A stretch of DNA of 64,000 nt from Patescibacteria group bacterium (GCA_022868165.1 JALHYA010000004.1:83432-147431); one strand, 5' to 3'. Counted from the stretch's first letter, positions 8,541 through 17,954 are shown. Numbers and translations are program-made. Notes: generated from the sequence alone by a model not told the origin.

Positions 8541-9194
8541 TTAATTAGGGTAATAAGGAACTCTCCCCGAAATTACCAGCACCAAAGTTTTTCCGCCTTG
8601 GGTTTTGGAAGAGCTTATATTAAACACATCAATCTTTATAGGCCTTCTTAGGTTTTCGATGTTTGTCATAAACGCAGTCAGAGAAGAATAGTCGCCCTCA
8701 ATACTTACCGAGAAGGAAACTTCTTTTGCTCCCTCCGGAAGGGGAGCAAAATCGCTTTGTTTTACGGCCTCTTGCGACTTGCCCACAAGTGTTACGTCGC
8801 CGATTGAAACCCCAAGAAGTTTTGCGGAGGTTTTTTTGGAGATTCCTTCTATTTGTCGGGCAAACGTATCCGGGCTCGGGTCCGTTGGTACCGCATCGGG
8901 GACTAATAAAATAGTTGTCGGGTTGGCGTTAAAAAGACCCTCGGCCGTCTGAATATCGTTAATTTTTTGATTCATCTGGCTTATGGTTTGTTCGCGGCTT
9001 TTAAGCTGATTAATCAAATCGATAATTGTGAGAAGCGTCGGTTTTATGGCAAAAACTACGAAAATCGAAATAGTTGCTGCGGAAAGCAATATCTCCAAAA
9101 ACATCTTTACATCCTGTTTTTGTTTATAGACATTAACGATGTTTAGGAAATAATCCCTGTAGCGAAGATATGCCCCACGCCAACCGAGTGCCAT
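8541..9194 (-). CDS. pilO: Type IV pilus assembly protein PilO-like
   Basis: N-terminal TM, coiled-coil region, C-terminal segment SFSVSIEGDYSSLTAFMTNIENLRRPIKIDVFNIS resembling the conserved PilO core (SLSGSYHDLATFVSGVSSLPRIV...). Sits directly downstream of the PilN-like gene (9194/9195). Confidence 0.6.
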   Translation of the reverse strand: MALGWRGAYLRYRDYFLNIVNVYKQKQDVKMFLEILLSAATISIFVVFAIKPTLLTIIDLINQLKSREQTISQMNQKINDIQTAEGLFNANPTTILLVPDAVPTDPSPDTFARQIEGISKKTSAKLLGVSIGDVTLVGKSQEAVKQSDFAPLPEGAKEVSFSVSIEGDYSSLTAFMTNIENLRRPIKIDVFNISSSKTQGGKTLVLVISGRVPYYPN

Positions 9195-9752
9195 TTAAAG
9201 TTGTACTCCTTTCGGCCCCAAGATTATTTTGAGATTAAATTCAATCAAAGAACTTTCGCTTTGTGTTTCGGCCTGAGTAAGGGTTACGCTTTTGAAACTT
9301 TTTTCCGAAGAGAGATTGGTAATAAATTGCCCTACTTCTACCTCGGTTGGAGCGACTCCTTTAATTTGGATTGTGTCGTTGGATAGGGTAACGGCCGTAA
9401 GAATTACACTACTGGGTTGGTATTGGGTTATCGTGTTAAGGATATCGGTTGCGGCAGGCTGTGAGGAAAGTGAAGAAAATATTTTGAGCTGTTTTTGGAT
9501 TAAGCGGAACTGTTTTTCAAAATCGCTGGTTGCGGCAAGAACCGCCTGTTTTGTTTTAATCTCGTCATCCAAATCGCTTCTTCTTGAGTCAAGCCAAAAG
9601 CGGGACAAGAAAGCAATCATGACAATCATTTCGGTTGCGATAACGAGAATTCTAAATGTGGAAAGAAGCCACTTAAAAATTCGTCCGAAAGTTGATGCTT
9701 CGAACTCCTCCTGTGGTAATAAATTTATCTGGCGCTGTTTTTGGGCAGCCAT
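9195..9752 (-). CDS. pilN: Type IV pilus assembly protein PilN-like
   Basis: Begins MAAQKQRQINLLPQEEFE... with the hallmark PilN INLLP motif, followed by a single TM (FRILVIATEMIVMIAFL) and a periplasmic alpha/beta domain. Confidence 0.65.
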   Translation of the reverse strand: MAAQKQRQINLLPQEEFEASTFGRIFKWLLSTFRILVIATEMIVMIAFLSRFWLDSRRSDLDDEIKTKQAVLAATSDFEKQFRLIQKQLKIFSSLSSQPAATDILNTITQYQPSSVILTAVTLSNDTIQIKGVAPTEVEVGQFITNLSSEKSFKSVTLTQAETQSESSLIEFNLKIILGPKGVQL

Positions 9753-9757
9753 ACAAG

Positions 9758-9783
9758 CTAAGCGCTATTTAGCCAAGCGCTAA
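9758..9783. repeat. Two copies of AAGCGCTA (AGCGCT palindromic core) immediately upstream of the pilN-like start
   Basis: ctAAGCGCTAtttagccAAGCGCTAAcc at 9758-9783. A third near-copy AAAGCGCTAAT sits at the stop of gene 4980..5420 (about 4981-4993). Candidate operator. Confidence 0.3.
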
Positions 9784-9824
9784 CCTCAATATAGCACAAG
9801 TAAAAGAGTGAAAGAAGCTCGCAA

Positions 9825-10118
9825 TTATTTTTTCTTGGGAGTTTTTTTAGGAGCCTTTTTGACTTTCGGCATTAGTTTTGTCAGAGAACTTTTAATTCTT
9901 GCGGCTTTATTTTTGTGGATGGCCTTTTTCTTTGCGGCCTTATCCGCCAACGAAACGGCCGCGATAATATCTTTTGAAGACTTGCTCTTTTTCGCACGGC
10001 GCACAGCGACTTCCAATTTTGTAACCGTAATTTTATTAATGGAAGCCTTTTTCTTGGAACCTCTGAGCGCCCTTTTGGCCGTTTTAGTTACAGGCATGGC
10101 GAGAGTATAATCGAACAA
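9825..10118 (-). CDS. rpsT: 30S ribosomal protein S20 (bS20) with Lys-rich C-terminal extension
   Basis: ...AAVSLADKAAKKKAIHKNKAARIKSSLTKL matches the bS20 signature (IHKNKAARHK...L). The start may be the internal Met (MPVTKTAKR..., about 10097). Confidence 0.75.
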   Translation of the reverse strand: MFDYTLAMPVTKTAKRALRGSKKKASINKITVTKLEVAVRRAKKSKSSKDIIAAVSLADKAAKKKAIHKNKAARIKSSLTKLMPKVKKAPKKTPKKK

Positions 10119-10133
10119 GATTGAAATTTCAAC

Positions 10134-11864
10134 ATGGTTAATCGACTTTTCTCCAAAGGCAAAAACATATTATTTTCCCAACAATCTTCTGTTCTCTCGG
10201 CGGCATCTTTGATAATGCTGATGGTTGTTGTTTCGAGTATTCTCGGACTTGTAAGACAAAGGGTTCTTGCATACTTTTTTGCGCCGAGCGACCTTGCTCT
10301 CTTTTTTGCCGCCTTTAGACTTCCGGATACTATCTTTGAAGTTTTGGTTTACGGAACGTTTTCTTCGGCTTTTATACCGGTTTTTACCAGGTCCTTAAAA
10401 AAAGGCAACAAAAAAGCTTGGGAGGTTGCCGGAACGGTAACAAATATCGGGCTTATTCTTTATCTGATTTTTGTTGCCATCGTCTTTTTCTGGACAGATA
10501 AAATTTATAGTGTTCTTGCTCCGGGATTTACTCCTTTCGAAAGGCAAAAAATCGTTGGAATGGCAAGAATCCTTTTTGCTTCAGAAGGCTTCTTTATTGT
10601 GAGCTACGTCTTAACCGGCGTTTTGGAGTCTCTAAGAAGATTCTTGGTTCCGGCGTTGGCTCCGCTTTTTTACAATTTAGGAATAATTTTAGGCACCGTC
10701 ATATTCTCGCAGTCAATGGGTTTAACCGCACCTGCTCTAGGAGTATTTATCGGGGCTTCTTTACATTTCCTTATTCAGTTTCCTCTTGCAACGAAACTGG
10801 GTTTTAGATTTTCTCCGAGGATAAAAGTGACGGAAGACGTTAAAGCAATCGGAAAACTGGCCGCGCCAAGAGTTATCGAACTTTCGGTAACTCAGGTGGT
10901 GGAGGGGGTGCAGCTTTTCTTGGCCTCATTGATTTCTAAAGCAGCCTATACCTATTTTATTTTCGGCAATACCCTACAGGTTTTTCCTGTAGCCCTTTTT
11001 GGAACTTCGATTGCCAAAGCTGCACTGCCGACGCTTTCGAGACAGGTTGATACACCATCCAAGTTTAGAAGAACACTACTTCGCGCTCTTTATCAGATGA
11101 TTTTTGCGATTTTGCCGATAGCTACTGTACTTGCGGTTTTAAGAATTCCAATAGTAAGACTTGTATATGGGACAAACATTTTTACTTGGGAGGCAACTGT
11201 TCAGACCGGCATGGTCCTTTCCGCTTTTGCTTTTGGTATTGTTTTCCAGGCAGCGGCCGGCCTTTTGGCGAGAGGATTTTATGCACTTCACGATACAAAA
11301 ACCCCTGTTATAATTTCAGTCGGCTCTCTGATTCTAAACATTATTTTAGATTTTGTTTTTATTAAAGGTTTCGGTCTTCCGGCATGGGGACTTGCCTTGG
11401 GTTTTTCTTTGGGGAATGCCGTCCAGGCAAGCGCTCTTTATTGGTTTTTAACAAAAAGGATTGACGGCTATTCGCAACTGAAGACTTTCATCCCTATTGC
11501 CAAAGCAATTGTAGCCTCCGTCGCATCCGGCTTTGTGATGTATATTGTTTTGAGGATTTTTGACAGGAGTGCTTGGGTAAAACGACTTTCCTTCTTGGGT
11601 AAGATAGATATTGCAAAAAACATACCTTTTGAGAAGTTTGTGTTGGACACGCAGTACACGATAAATCTGTTGATACTCACGGTCTTTGTATGCGCAATAG
11701 GAGCCTTGGTTTACATTTTGATTTCTCTCATTCTTAGGAGTGAGGAACTTTGGGATTTTGTAAGGCTAATAAGAAGACTTATAACCAAGCGGTTGGGGAT
11801 TGGAATTCCCACAAAAGAACCCGAACCGGTTGCTCCTAGCCCCACAGACTCCAGGACCCCTTGA
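10134..11864 (+). CDS. murJ: Lipid II flippase MurJ (MviN)
   Basis: 576 aa, about 14 TM. N-terminus ...LIMLMVVVSSILGLVRQRVLAYFFAPSDLALFFAAFRLPDTIFEVLVYGTFSSAFIPVFT is the conserved MurJ start. Confidence 0.85.
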   Translation: MVNRLFSKGKNILFSQQSSVLSAASLIMLMVVVSSILGLVRQRVLAYFFAPSDLALFFAAFRLPDTIFEVLVYGTFSSAFIPVFTRSLKKGNKKAWEVAGTVTNIGLILYLIFVAIVFFWTDKIYSVLAPGFTPFERQKIVGMARILFASEGFFIVSYVLTGVLESLRRFLVPALAPLFYNLGIILGTVIFSQSMGLTAPALGVFIGASLHFLIQFPLATKLGFRFSPRIKVTEDVKAIGKLAAPRVIELSVTQVVEGVQLFLASLISKAAYTYFIFGNTLQVFPVALFGTSIAKAALPTLSRQVDTPSKFRRTLLRALYQMIFAILPIATVLAVLRIPIVRLVYGTNIFTWEATVQTGMVLSAFAFGIVFQAAAGLLARGFYALHDTKTPVIISVGSLILNIILDFVFIKGFGLPAWGLALGFSLGNAVQASALYWFLTKRIDGYSQLKTFIPIAKAIVASVASGFVMYIVLRIFDRSAWVKRLSFLGKIDIAKNIPFEKFVLDTQYTINLLILTVFVCAIGALVYILISLILRSEELWDFVRLIRRLITKRLGIGIPTKEPEPVAPSPTDSRTP

Positions 11865-11889
11865 CAAGAGTTAGCACTCGTGCTAATTT
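11861..11889 (+). promoter_or_regulatory. Sigma-70-type promoter (TTGACA-N17-TAATTT) overlapped by a shortened CIRCE-like palindrome TTAGCAC-TC-GTGCTAA
   Basis: -35 TTGACA 11861-11866, -10 TAATTT 11884-11889. The palindrome at 11871-11886 matches both CIRCE half-sites (TTAGCACTC / GAGTGCTAA) but with a 2-nt instead of 9-nt spacer. It sits directly upstream of hrcA-grpE-dnaK-dnaJ. Confidence 0.5.
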
Positions 11890-11896
11890 ACTGCTA

Positions 11897-11920
11897 AGCG
11901 CGAAGGCGCTGTTATTCATT
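11897..11920 (+). promoter_or_regulatory. Leader hairpin AGCGC-GAAG-GCGCT followed by a U-rich tract, ending 5 nt before the hrcA start
   Basis: Seen in sequence: stem 11897-11901 / 11906-11910, then GTTATTCATT. No Shine-Dalgarno sequence before ATG 11925. Confidence 0.35.
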
Positions 11921-11924
11921 AAAC

Positions 11925-12653
11925 ATGACTGACGGGCTAACCGCTAGACAAACACAAATTCTTAAGGCTTTAATCGATGAGTATATCGAAACCGCCGAGC
12001 CTGTCGGGTCCGAGAATTTGGACAAGAAATTTAATCTTGGAGTTTCCCCGGCAACAATACGAAACGAGATGGTAGATTTAACAAAAATGGGATATCTAAG
12101 ACAACCCCATACCTCGGCAGGAAGAATTCCCTCGCCCCGCGCAATAAAGTTTTATGTCGATACTCTTATGGAAGAAAAACAAATGAGTCTTGCCGATGAA
12201 GTAAAAGCAAAAGAGGAAGTTTGGGATTCCAGGGACGATATTGACGAACTTATTGCGGAGGCGACAAAAGCGCTTGCCGAAAGAACAAGTGAGCTTGCGG
12301 TCGCAGCGACCGATGAAGGTAAGGTTTGGCACGCCGGCTATTCGAACGTTTTTTTAAATCCTGAATTTGCAGATATCGAAATGTGCTCCAATTTATTTTC
12401 GTTTTTGGAAGAAGCCCAAGGAATTCATGATCTTTTCTTTGCCCACAAGTTTACCTCTCCAATCGAGGTTCTTTTTGGGGAAGAACTGGGTTGGCGTGAA
12501 CTTGCGCCTATTGGGATAGTTGCCACGCATTTTAATGCGAAAGGACGAAATGGGGCCTTGGGGATAATCGGTCCGACAAGATTAAGTTACCCGACAATTA
12601 TTCCCGTTTTGCGATATTTTGGTAATTTAATAGAAGAGGTTGCCGGAAAATGA
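11925..12653 (+). CDS. hrcA: Heat-inducible transcription repressor HrcA (short form)
   Basis: MTDGLTARQTQILKALIDEYIETAEPVGSENL...VSPATIRNEMVDLTKMGYLRQPHTSAGRIP is the HrcA winged-helix N-terminus. Lies upstream of grpE-dnaK. Confidence 0.8.
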   Translation: MTDGLTARQTQILKALIDEYIETAEPVGSENLDKKFNLGVSPATIRNEMVDLTKMGYLRQPHTSAGRIPSPRAIKFYVDTLMEEKQMSLADEVKAKEEVWDSRDDIDELIAEATKALAERTSELAVAATDEGKVWHAGYSNVFLNPEFADIEMCSNLFSFLEEAQGIHDLFFAHKFTSPIEVLFGEELGWRELAPIGIVATHFNAKGRNGALGIIGPTRLSYPTIIPVLRYFGNLIEEVAGK

Positions 12654-13072
12654 GTAAAATAAAAGAGTTAGATTTACTCAAGGAACAACTTGCAAGGGCA
12701 TTGGCGGATTATGATAATTTAAGAAAGAGGGCTGAAACCGAAAAACTTTCTTGGGCAAAGTTTGCAAGTCAGGGGATTTTGATAAAATTATTACCGGTTT
12801 TGGATATTTTGGAGTCGGCCAATTCGCACCTTGGGGATAAGGGACTTGAGATTGCACTTGCGGAATTTAAGAAAATCTTGGGAGAAGAGGGTCTTATTGA
12901 AGTCAATCCAAAAAGTGGACAGGTCTTTGACCATTCCGACCAAGAGGCAATAGAGTCGCTAGATGGGGGCAAGAAAGGAACGGTTGCGGAGGTTGTGCTT
13001 CCGGGATGGAAGTTTGTGGACGGACCGGTTGTGAGAGTTGCTAAAGTTAAAGTGTTTGGAAAGGGAAAATAA
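12650..13072 (+). CDS. grpE: Nucleotide exchange factor GrpE (short)
   Basis: ...[19 protein letters not shown]...[11 protein letters not shown]...[26 protein letters not shown]. 4-nt overlap with hrcA. Confidence 0.85.
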   Translation: MSKIKELDLLKEQLARALADYDNLRKRAETEKLSWAKFASQGILIKLLPVLDILESANSHLGDKGLEIALAEFKKILGEEGLIEVNPKSGQVFDHSDQEAIESLDGGKKGTVAEVVLPGWKFVDGPVVRVAKVKVFGKGK

Positions 13073-13077
13073 TTAAT

Positions 13078-15039
13078 ATGTCAAAAATCGTCGGAATTGA
13101 TTTAGGAACAACAAACAGCGTTGTGGCCGTAATGGAAGGGGGACATCCAAAAGTTATCCCCGCAGCCGATACCGGCAGAAATATTACGCCTTCCGTTGTC
13201 GAGCCCGTCAAAAACCTGGTCGGCGATGTGGCCAAAAGACAGGTAATCCTAAATCCCAAAAACACAATCTATTCGGTTAAGCGTCTTATGGGTAGGCGCG
13301 CCGACGATAAAGAGGTTGCAAGAACCAAAGAAATGGTTCCTTACGAAATTAAAGCCGGCAAAGACGGAATGGCGGTTGTCGAAGTTGAAGGCAAAACCTA
13401 CACCCCGCAGGAAATTTCGGCAAGAATCTTAATGAAGCTCAAAAAAGACGCGGAAAGCTATCTCGGCGAGAGTGTTGATAGTGCCGTAATTACGGTTCCC
13501 GCTTATTTTGATGATTCCCAGCGTCAGGCAACAAAGCAGGCTGGAGAAATCGCGGGGCTTAAAGTCGAAAGAATCATAAACGAACCAACAGCATCGGCCT
13601 TGGCCTACGGACTCGAAAAGGCTGCTCCGCAGAAAGAAAAACTTGAAAAAATCGCCGTTTACGACCTTGGGGGAGGAACTTTCGATATTTCTATCCTGGA
13701 GTTGGGGGATGGGGTTTTCGAAGTTAAAGCTACAAACGGAGATACACACCTAGGAGGAGACGATTTTGACGAAAAAATAGTTGACTGGATAGCGTCGGAG
13801 TTCAAAAAAGAATATGCGGTGGACCTTAAGGCCGACAAACAGGCGCTCCAGAGGGTCCGCGACGCAGCCGAGAAAGCAAAGATTGAACTTTCTGCGGCCA
13901 ACGAGATTGAAATAAACCAGCCCTACATTACCCAAAAAGACAGTCAGCCTCTTCATTTAACAATGAAGTTGACTAGGGCAAAATTGGAAAGCATTGTTTC
14001 CGATTTAATAGAAAAAACAATGAAGCCGGTTGAGTCGTGTTTTAAGGATGCAAAACTTGACCCGCACGATATTGATGAGGTAATTCTTGTAGGTGGAATG
14101 ACAAGAATGCCGAAAGTTGTAGAGACTGTTAAAGAATATTTTGGTAAAACTCCGAATCAATCGGTAAATCCGGACGAAGTAGTTGCCGTCGGAGCCGCTA
14201 TACAGGCCGGAGTTTTGGGTGGAGAAGTAAAAGACATTCTTCTGTTGGATGTGACTCCCCTGACTTTGGCAATAGAAACAATGGGGCAAATTGCAACCCC
14301 AATGATTCCTAGAAATACGACTATCCCGACTTCAAAGACCGAAATATTTTCAACCGCGTCGGATAATCAGACTCAGGTGGAGATAAATATAACCCAAGGG
14401 GAGCGTCCAATGAGCGTGGATAATAAGAGTCTTGGAAGATTTATCCTTGACGGTATTCCTCCGTCTCCCCGCGGGGTTCCGCAGATTGAAGTGACATTCG
14501 ATATTGATGCCTCGGGGATTTTGAAAGTTACGGCCAAGGATAATGCAACCGGAAAAACTCAAAACATCACAATTTCAGGTGCAATCGGACTTTCGGATGA
14601 CGAAGTCAAAAGAATGCAGGATGAGGCGGAAAAGCACAAGGAAGAAGACAAAAAGAAAGCAGAACAGGTTGAGGGCAAGAATCGTGCCGATGCGATGATT
14701 GCAGCTTCCGAGAAGGCTCTTAAGGACGCCGGAGATAAAGCTCCAAAAGAAGTAAAGGAGAAAGTGGAAGAGAAGATTAAAGCCTTAAAGGATATTCTGG
14801 AGACCGGCAGCAAGGAAGATTTGGAAGCAAAAACCAAAGATTTGTCGGACACTCTAAGTCAGGTTGGACAGGCAATGTATCAAGGCAAGCAAGGCGAAGA
14901 GAAGAAAGCCGAAGGTGCCGAGCAAAGTCGAGGAAACAAAGGCCCTGAGGACGTTCGACAAGGCTCAGTCGATAACCCCGCCGAAGGGGAAGACAAGAAA
15001 AAAGAAGAGAAGGTGGAGGAAGGCGAAGTTGTAAACTAA
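13078..15039 (+). CDS. dnaK: Chaperone DnaK (Hsp70)
   Basis: [15 protein letters not shown]...[12 protein letters not shown]...[13 protein letters not shown] plus C-terminal lid and EEVN-like tail. Confidence 0.95.
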   Translation: MSKIVGIDLGTTNSVVAVMEGGHPKVIPAADTGRNITPSVVEPVKNLVGDVAKRQVILNPKNTIYSVKRLMGRRADDKEVARTKEMVPYEIKAGKDGMAVVEVEGKTYTPQEISARILMKLKKDAESYLGESVDSAVITVPAYFDDSQRQATKQAGEIAGLKVERIINEPTASALAYGLEKAAPQKEKLEKIAVYDLGGGTFDISILELGDGVFEVKATNGDTHLGGDDFDEKIVDWIASEFKKEYAVDLKADKQALQRVRDAAEKAKIELSAANEIEINQPYITQKDSQPLHLTMKLTRAKLESIVSDLIEKTMKPVESCFKDAKLDPHDIDEVILVGGMTRMPKVVETVKEYFGKTPNQSVNPDEVVAVGAAIQAGVLGGEVKDILLLDVTPLTLAIETMGQIATPMIPRNTTIPTSKTEIFSTASDNQTQVEINITQGERPMSVDNKSLGRFILDGIPPSPRGVPQIEVTFDIDASGILKVTAKDNATGKTQNITISGAIGLSDDEVKRMQDEAEKHKEEDKKKAEQVEGKNRADAMIAASEKALKDAGDKAPKEVKEKVEEKIKALKDILETGSKEDLEAKTKDLSDTLSQVGQAMYQGKQGEEKKAEGAEQSRGNKGPEDVRQGSVDNPAEGEDKKKEEKVEEGEVVN

Positions 15040-15048
15040 GAATGTTAA

Positions 15049-15927
15049 ATGGCTGCAAAATCCGATTACTACGACATCCTCGGGGTTACTAAAAACGCTT
15101 CAGCCGAAGAATTAAAAAAGGCATACAGAAAGCAGGCTCTTGAGTGGCATCCCGATAGACACAAAGACGAGAAAGAAGTTGCAGAAAAACGCTTCAAAGA
15201 AATAAACGAGGCCTATCAGGTTTTGTCGGACTCGCAAAAACGTTCGGCCTATGACCAGTTTGGCCATCAAGCATTTACACCGGGAGGCGGATTTGCGGGC
15301 GCTAATCCGTTTGCTCAGAGTGGAAGGGCAGGCCCTTTTACCTATACTTACACAACTTATGGCGGTGGCCAAGACTCCCCCTTTGCCGGATTTGATTTTG
15401 GCGACCCGTTTGAAATTTTTGAACAGTTTTTTGGGGGAGGTAACCCATTTAGACAGCAGCAAAGAAGTGTTCCGCGCTATTCGATAAAAATTGATTTTAT
15501 TGAGGCTATGAAAGGGACAACAAAAGAAGTGGTTATCGAAAGGGAAAAACGGACGATAAAAATACCTGCAGGTGTGGATGAAGGTTCAAGGATTAATTTT
15601 GGAGATTTCCAGCTCTCGATTAATATAAAACCAAGCAATACATTTGACAGAGACGGAGACGATATTTATGCAACACTCAAGGTTCCCTACTCAATGCTGG
15701 TTTTGGGCGGAGAAACCCAAGCTCCGACCATCGATGGAGATATAAAAATAAGAATTCGTCCAGGAACACAGCCGGGAACGATGCTTAGAATTAGGGAAAA
15801 AGGAGTCCCCAGGCTTCACGGTCGTGGTCGTGGAGATGAGTATATTCGCATTAATATTTTGGTTCCCGATAAGCCAACGAGGGAACAAAAGCATCTTATA
15901 GAGGAGATGGGGAAAAGGGGTTTATAA
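15049..15927 (+). CDS. dnaJ: DnaJ-family co-chaperone lacking the Cys-rich zinc-finger domain
   Basis: J-domain DYYDILGV...HPDR, G/F-rich region, C-terminal substrate-binding domain ([15 protein letters not shown]...). No CxxCxGxG repeats and no Cys at all. Confidence 0.8.
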   Translation: MAAKSDYYDILGVTKNASAEELKKAYRKQALEWHPDRHKDEKEVAEKRFKEINEAYQVLSDSQKRSAYDQFGHQAFTPGGGFAGANPFAQSGRAGPFTYTYTTYGGGQDSPFAGFDFGDPFEIFEQFFGGGNPFRQQQRSVPRYSIKIDFIEAMKGTTKEVVIEREKRTIKIPAGVDEGSRINFGDFQLSINIKPSNTFDRDGDDIYATLKVPYSMLVLGGETQAPTIDGDIKIRIRPGTQPGTMLRIREKGVPRLHGRGRGDEYIRINILVPDKPTREQKHLIEEMGKRGL

Positions 15928-15936
15928 TATTTCGAG

Positions 15937-16674
15937 ATGACTGAAACAGGCGACATAGGTGAAAGAAAGGTTCCTTGTACCATTTCTCCCGAGTGGAATA
16001 AGACTATTCTTGCGCAGCAGAGGATTAAAGAGAGGGGTTTCTATGAGGAAGCCGATCGGGAATCCCCAAAGGGTTACTATTTAGGTAGACCGATAATAGG
16101 AAGAGACACTGCAATTAATGGAGGGGTGTATCTTGGCGGCGGCGAGAGAGAGGCAATTGTTGTTGACGATTCCTTGCCCAAAAGTCCGTTAAATAATGTG
16201 TACAGCGAATTACTGGCAATGAGGGCGAGGGCTGTTCAAAGAGGAGAACATTTCAAAGAAACCCTGCTGAGCGATGTTTTTGATCTCGTGCGACATAGAC
16301 TACCTTATAACGAACGGAGAGTGCGGGAAATTGGAGCCGCAATAGGCATAAAACCTGACCAGAAAGTGTCTTTGGGGGTATACATAACTGAAAAAACTGG
16401 GGTTTGCAGGCACCAGGCCCTTCTGGTTGCTTATCTTTTAGAAAGGCTTCGTAACGAGGGCCGGGTTAAAGGTAAAGTTTCGGTCGATAGGAATTATATT
16501 CCAGGAATAGGCGGGCACGCTTGGGTTAGATATATAAATTCTGCTGGAGAGGTAATAATAATAGATCCTGCGCGTGAACTAATTGATGATCTGCAACACA
16601 TAAAACCAGAACTAAGGGTGTTTTATGAAAGACCGCAAGAGCAGGGTTTTATACGCAAGCTCCTAAAGAAATAG
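15937..16674 (+). CDS. Cytoplasmic transglutaminase-like (TGc) Cys-His-Asp superfamily protein
   Basis: Core ...EKTGVCRHQALLVAYLLERLRNEG...GGHAWVRYINSAGEVIIIDPA matches the TGc signature (G-C-x-x-h-A; GHAW; hh-DP). No signal peptide. Starts 9 nt after the dnaJ stop. Confidence 0.5.
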   Translation: MTETGDIGERKVPCTISPEWNKTILAQQRIKERGFYEEADRESPKGYYLGRPIIGRDTAINGGVYLGGGEREAIVVDDSLPKSPLNNVYSELLAMRARAVQRGEHFKETLLSDVFDLVRHRLPYNERRVREIGAAIGIKPDQKVSLGVYITEKTGVCRHQALLVAYLLERLRNEGRVKGKVSVDRNYIPGIGGHAWVRYINSAGEVIIIDPARELIDDLQHIKPELRVFYERPQEQGFIRKLLKK

Positions 16675-16681
16675 TTTTAGA

Positions 16682-16710
16682 TTGACTTGTTTCTGCTTCT
16701 GGGGTAAACT
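16682..16710 (+). promoter_or_regulatory. Candidate sigma-70 promoter for nusA-infB (TTGACT-N17-TAAACT)
   Basis: -35 at 16682-16687, -10 at 16705-16710. Followed by leader hairpin GGTGGG-ATTTTTG-CCCGCC + ATTTTTTG (16734-16760) ending 10 nt before ATG 16771. Confidence 0.4.
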
Positions 16711-16770
16711 TGAGCAGGTTTTGTGAGTTTGATGGTGGGATTTTTGCCCGCCATTTTTTGTAAAAGACAT

Positions 16771-17913
16771 ATGCAAACACCGAGAACAGAATTTGCTCAA
16801 GCACTAACAGCCATCGCAACAGAGCGAGGGTTGGATGTCTCCGTGATTTTGGATACCATCAAGCAGGCAATTATTGCGGCTTACAGGAGAGATGCCCGTG
16901 AGCGCGGTGAAGATACGGAAACATCTGATTTTGACGCAGAAATTGACCCCGTAAACGGCGAAACCAAGATTTTCTCCTGGCCTTTGGAAAAGCCTGAAGA
17001 AAGAAAAGACGTTACTCCTCCGGGATTTGGCCGAATTGCAGCACAAACCGCAAAGCAGGTAATTCATCAGAAGATTCGTGAGGCTGAAAAAGGTGCGATT
17101 ATGGAGGAATTTGGAGAAAGAGTCGGAACCTTAATTTCCGGTATGGTTCTTCGCTTCGATGGTCCCAATGCACGCGTGGATATTGGCCGAACGGAGGCTA
17201 TTTTGCCGGCAGAGGAAAGGATACCCAACGAGCGATTGAATCTTAACCAGCGTATGACTTTTCTATTGAAAGATATAAAAGAAGGCTTAAAGGGTAAAGA
17301 AATTGTTCTTTCCAGGGGAGACCCAACTTTTGTCGAAAAGCTCTTTGCCAGGGAAGTTCCGGAAGTTGCCTCGAAGAGCGTAATTGTCAAGGCAATTGCC
17401 AGAGAACCCGGAATAAGAACCAAGATTGCTGTTGCCTCCGCGCAATCCGGCGTTGACCCCGTAGGAAGTTGTGTGGGCCAAAAAGGAGTAAGAGTTCAAG
17501 CCGTAACCAATGAGCTTGGGGGAGAGAGAGTTGATATTATTCCTTGGAGCGAGGATTCGGCTGAGCTTATCAAAGCTTCTCTTTCTCCGGCCGAAAACAT
17601 GGTGGTCGAGTTGGACGAAAAGAACAAAGTAGCCAAGGTTAAAGCTCCCGAAGATCAGCTTTCTTTGGCAATAGGCAAGGAGGGACAAAATGCAAGGCTT
17701 TGTGCGAAGCTAACCGGCTACAGGATTGAAGTCGAAGGACTCCCTGTTGAGTTTGCGAAGGAAGAGAAACCTGTTGAGGAAGAGGAAAAACCCAAAAAAG
17801 AGAAAAAGGTCAAAAAGGCTAAAAAATCAAAGCAGGCTAAGGCTAAAGAGTCTCAAGAAGTGGAAGAAGAGAAAACTGAAGATGGAAGTAAGAAGCTCGA
17901 TGCTGGAAAATGA
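16771..17913 (+). CDS. nusA: Transcription termination/antitermination factor NusA with Lys/Glu-rich C-terminal tail
   Basis: N-domain, S1 and two KH domains (...GVDPVGSCVGQKGVRVQAVTNELGGERVDII...). The ORF-track start 16723 was trimmed to the Met preceding FAQALTAIATERGL because the promoter and leader hairpin lie inside the longer ORF. Confidence 0.85.
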   Translation: MQTPRTEFAQALTAIATERGLDVSVILDTIKQAIIAAYRRDARERGEDTETSDFDAEIDPVNGETKIFSWPLEKPEERKDVTPPGFGRIAAQTAKQVIHQKIREAEKGAIMEEFGERVGTLISGMVLRFDGPNARVDIGRTEAILPAEERIPNERLNLNQRMTFLLKDIKEGLKGKEIVLSRGDPTFVEKLFAREVPEVASKSVIVKAIAREPGIRTKIAVASAQSGVDPVGSCVGQKGVRVQAVTNELGGERVDIIPWSEDSAELIKASLSPAENMVVELDEKNKVAKVKAPEDQLSLAIGKEGQNARLCAKLTGYRIEVEGLPVEFAKEEKPVEEEEKPKKEKKVKKAKKSKQAKAKESQEVEEEKTEDGSKKLDAGK

Positions 17914-17954
17914 AATTAGAAGTGAGAATGTGTAATTTCAAACATCGAACTTCA

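Noticed and set aside
5134-9783. ORF-track entries antisense to the surface-protein and pilN/pilO genes (e.g. 5134..5325+, 5739..6164+, 5867..6415-, 6216..6446+, 7865..8203+, 9292..9783+)
   Set aside because: They lie fully inside, and antisense to, long ORFs with coherent domain architecture. Their translations are low-complexity (Gly/Val-rich mirror of the PT repeats) with no recognisable features.
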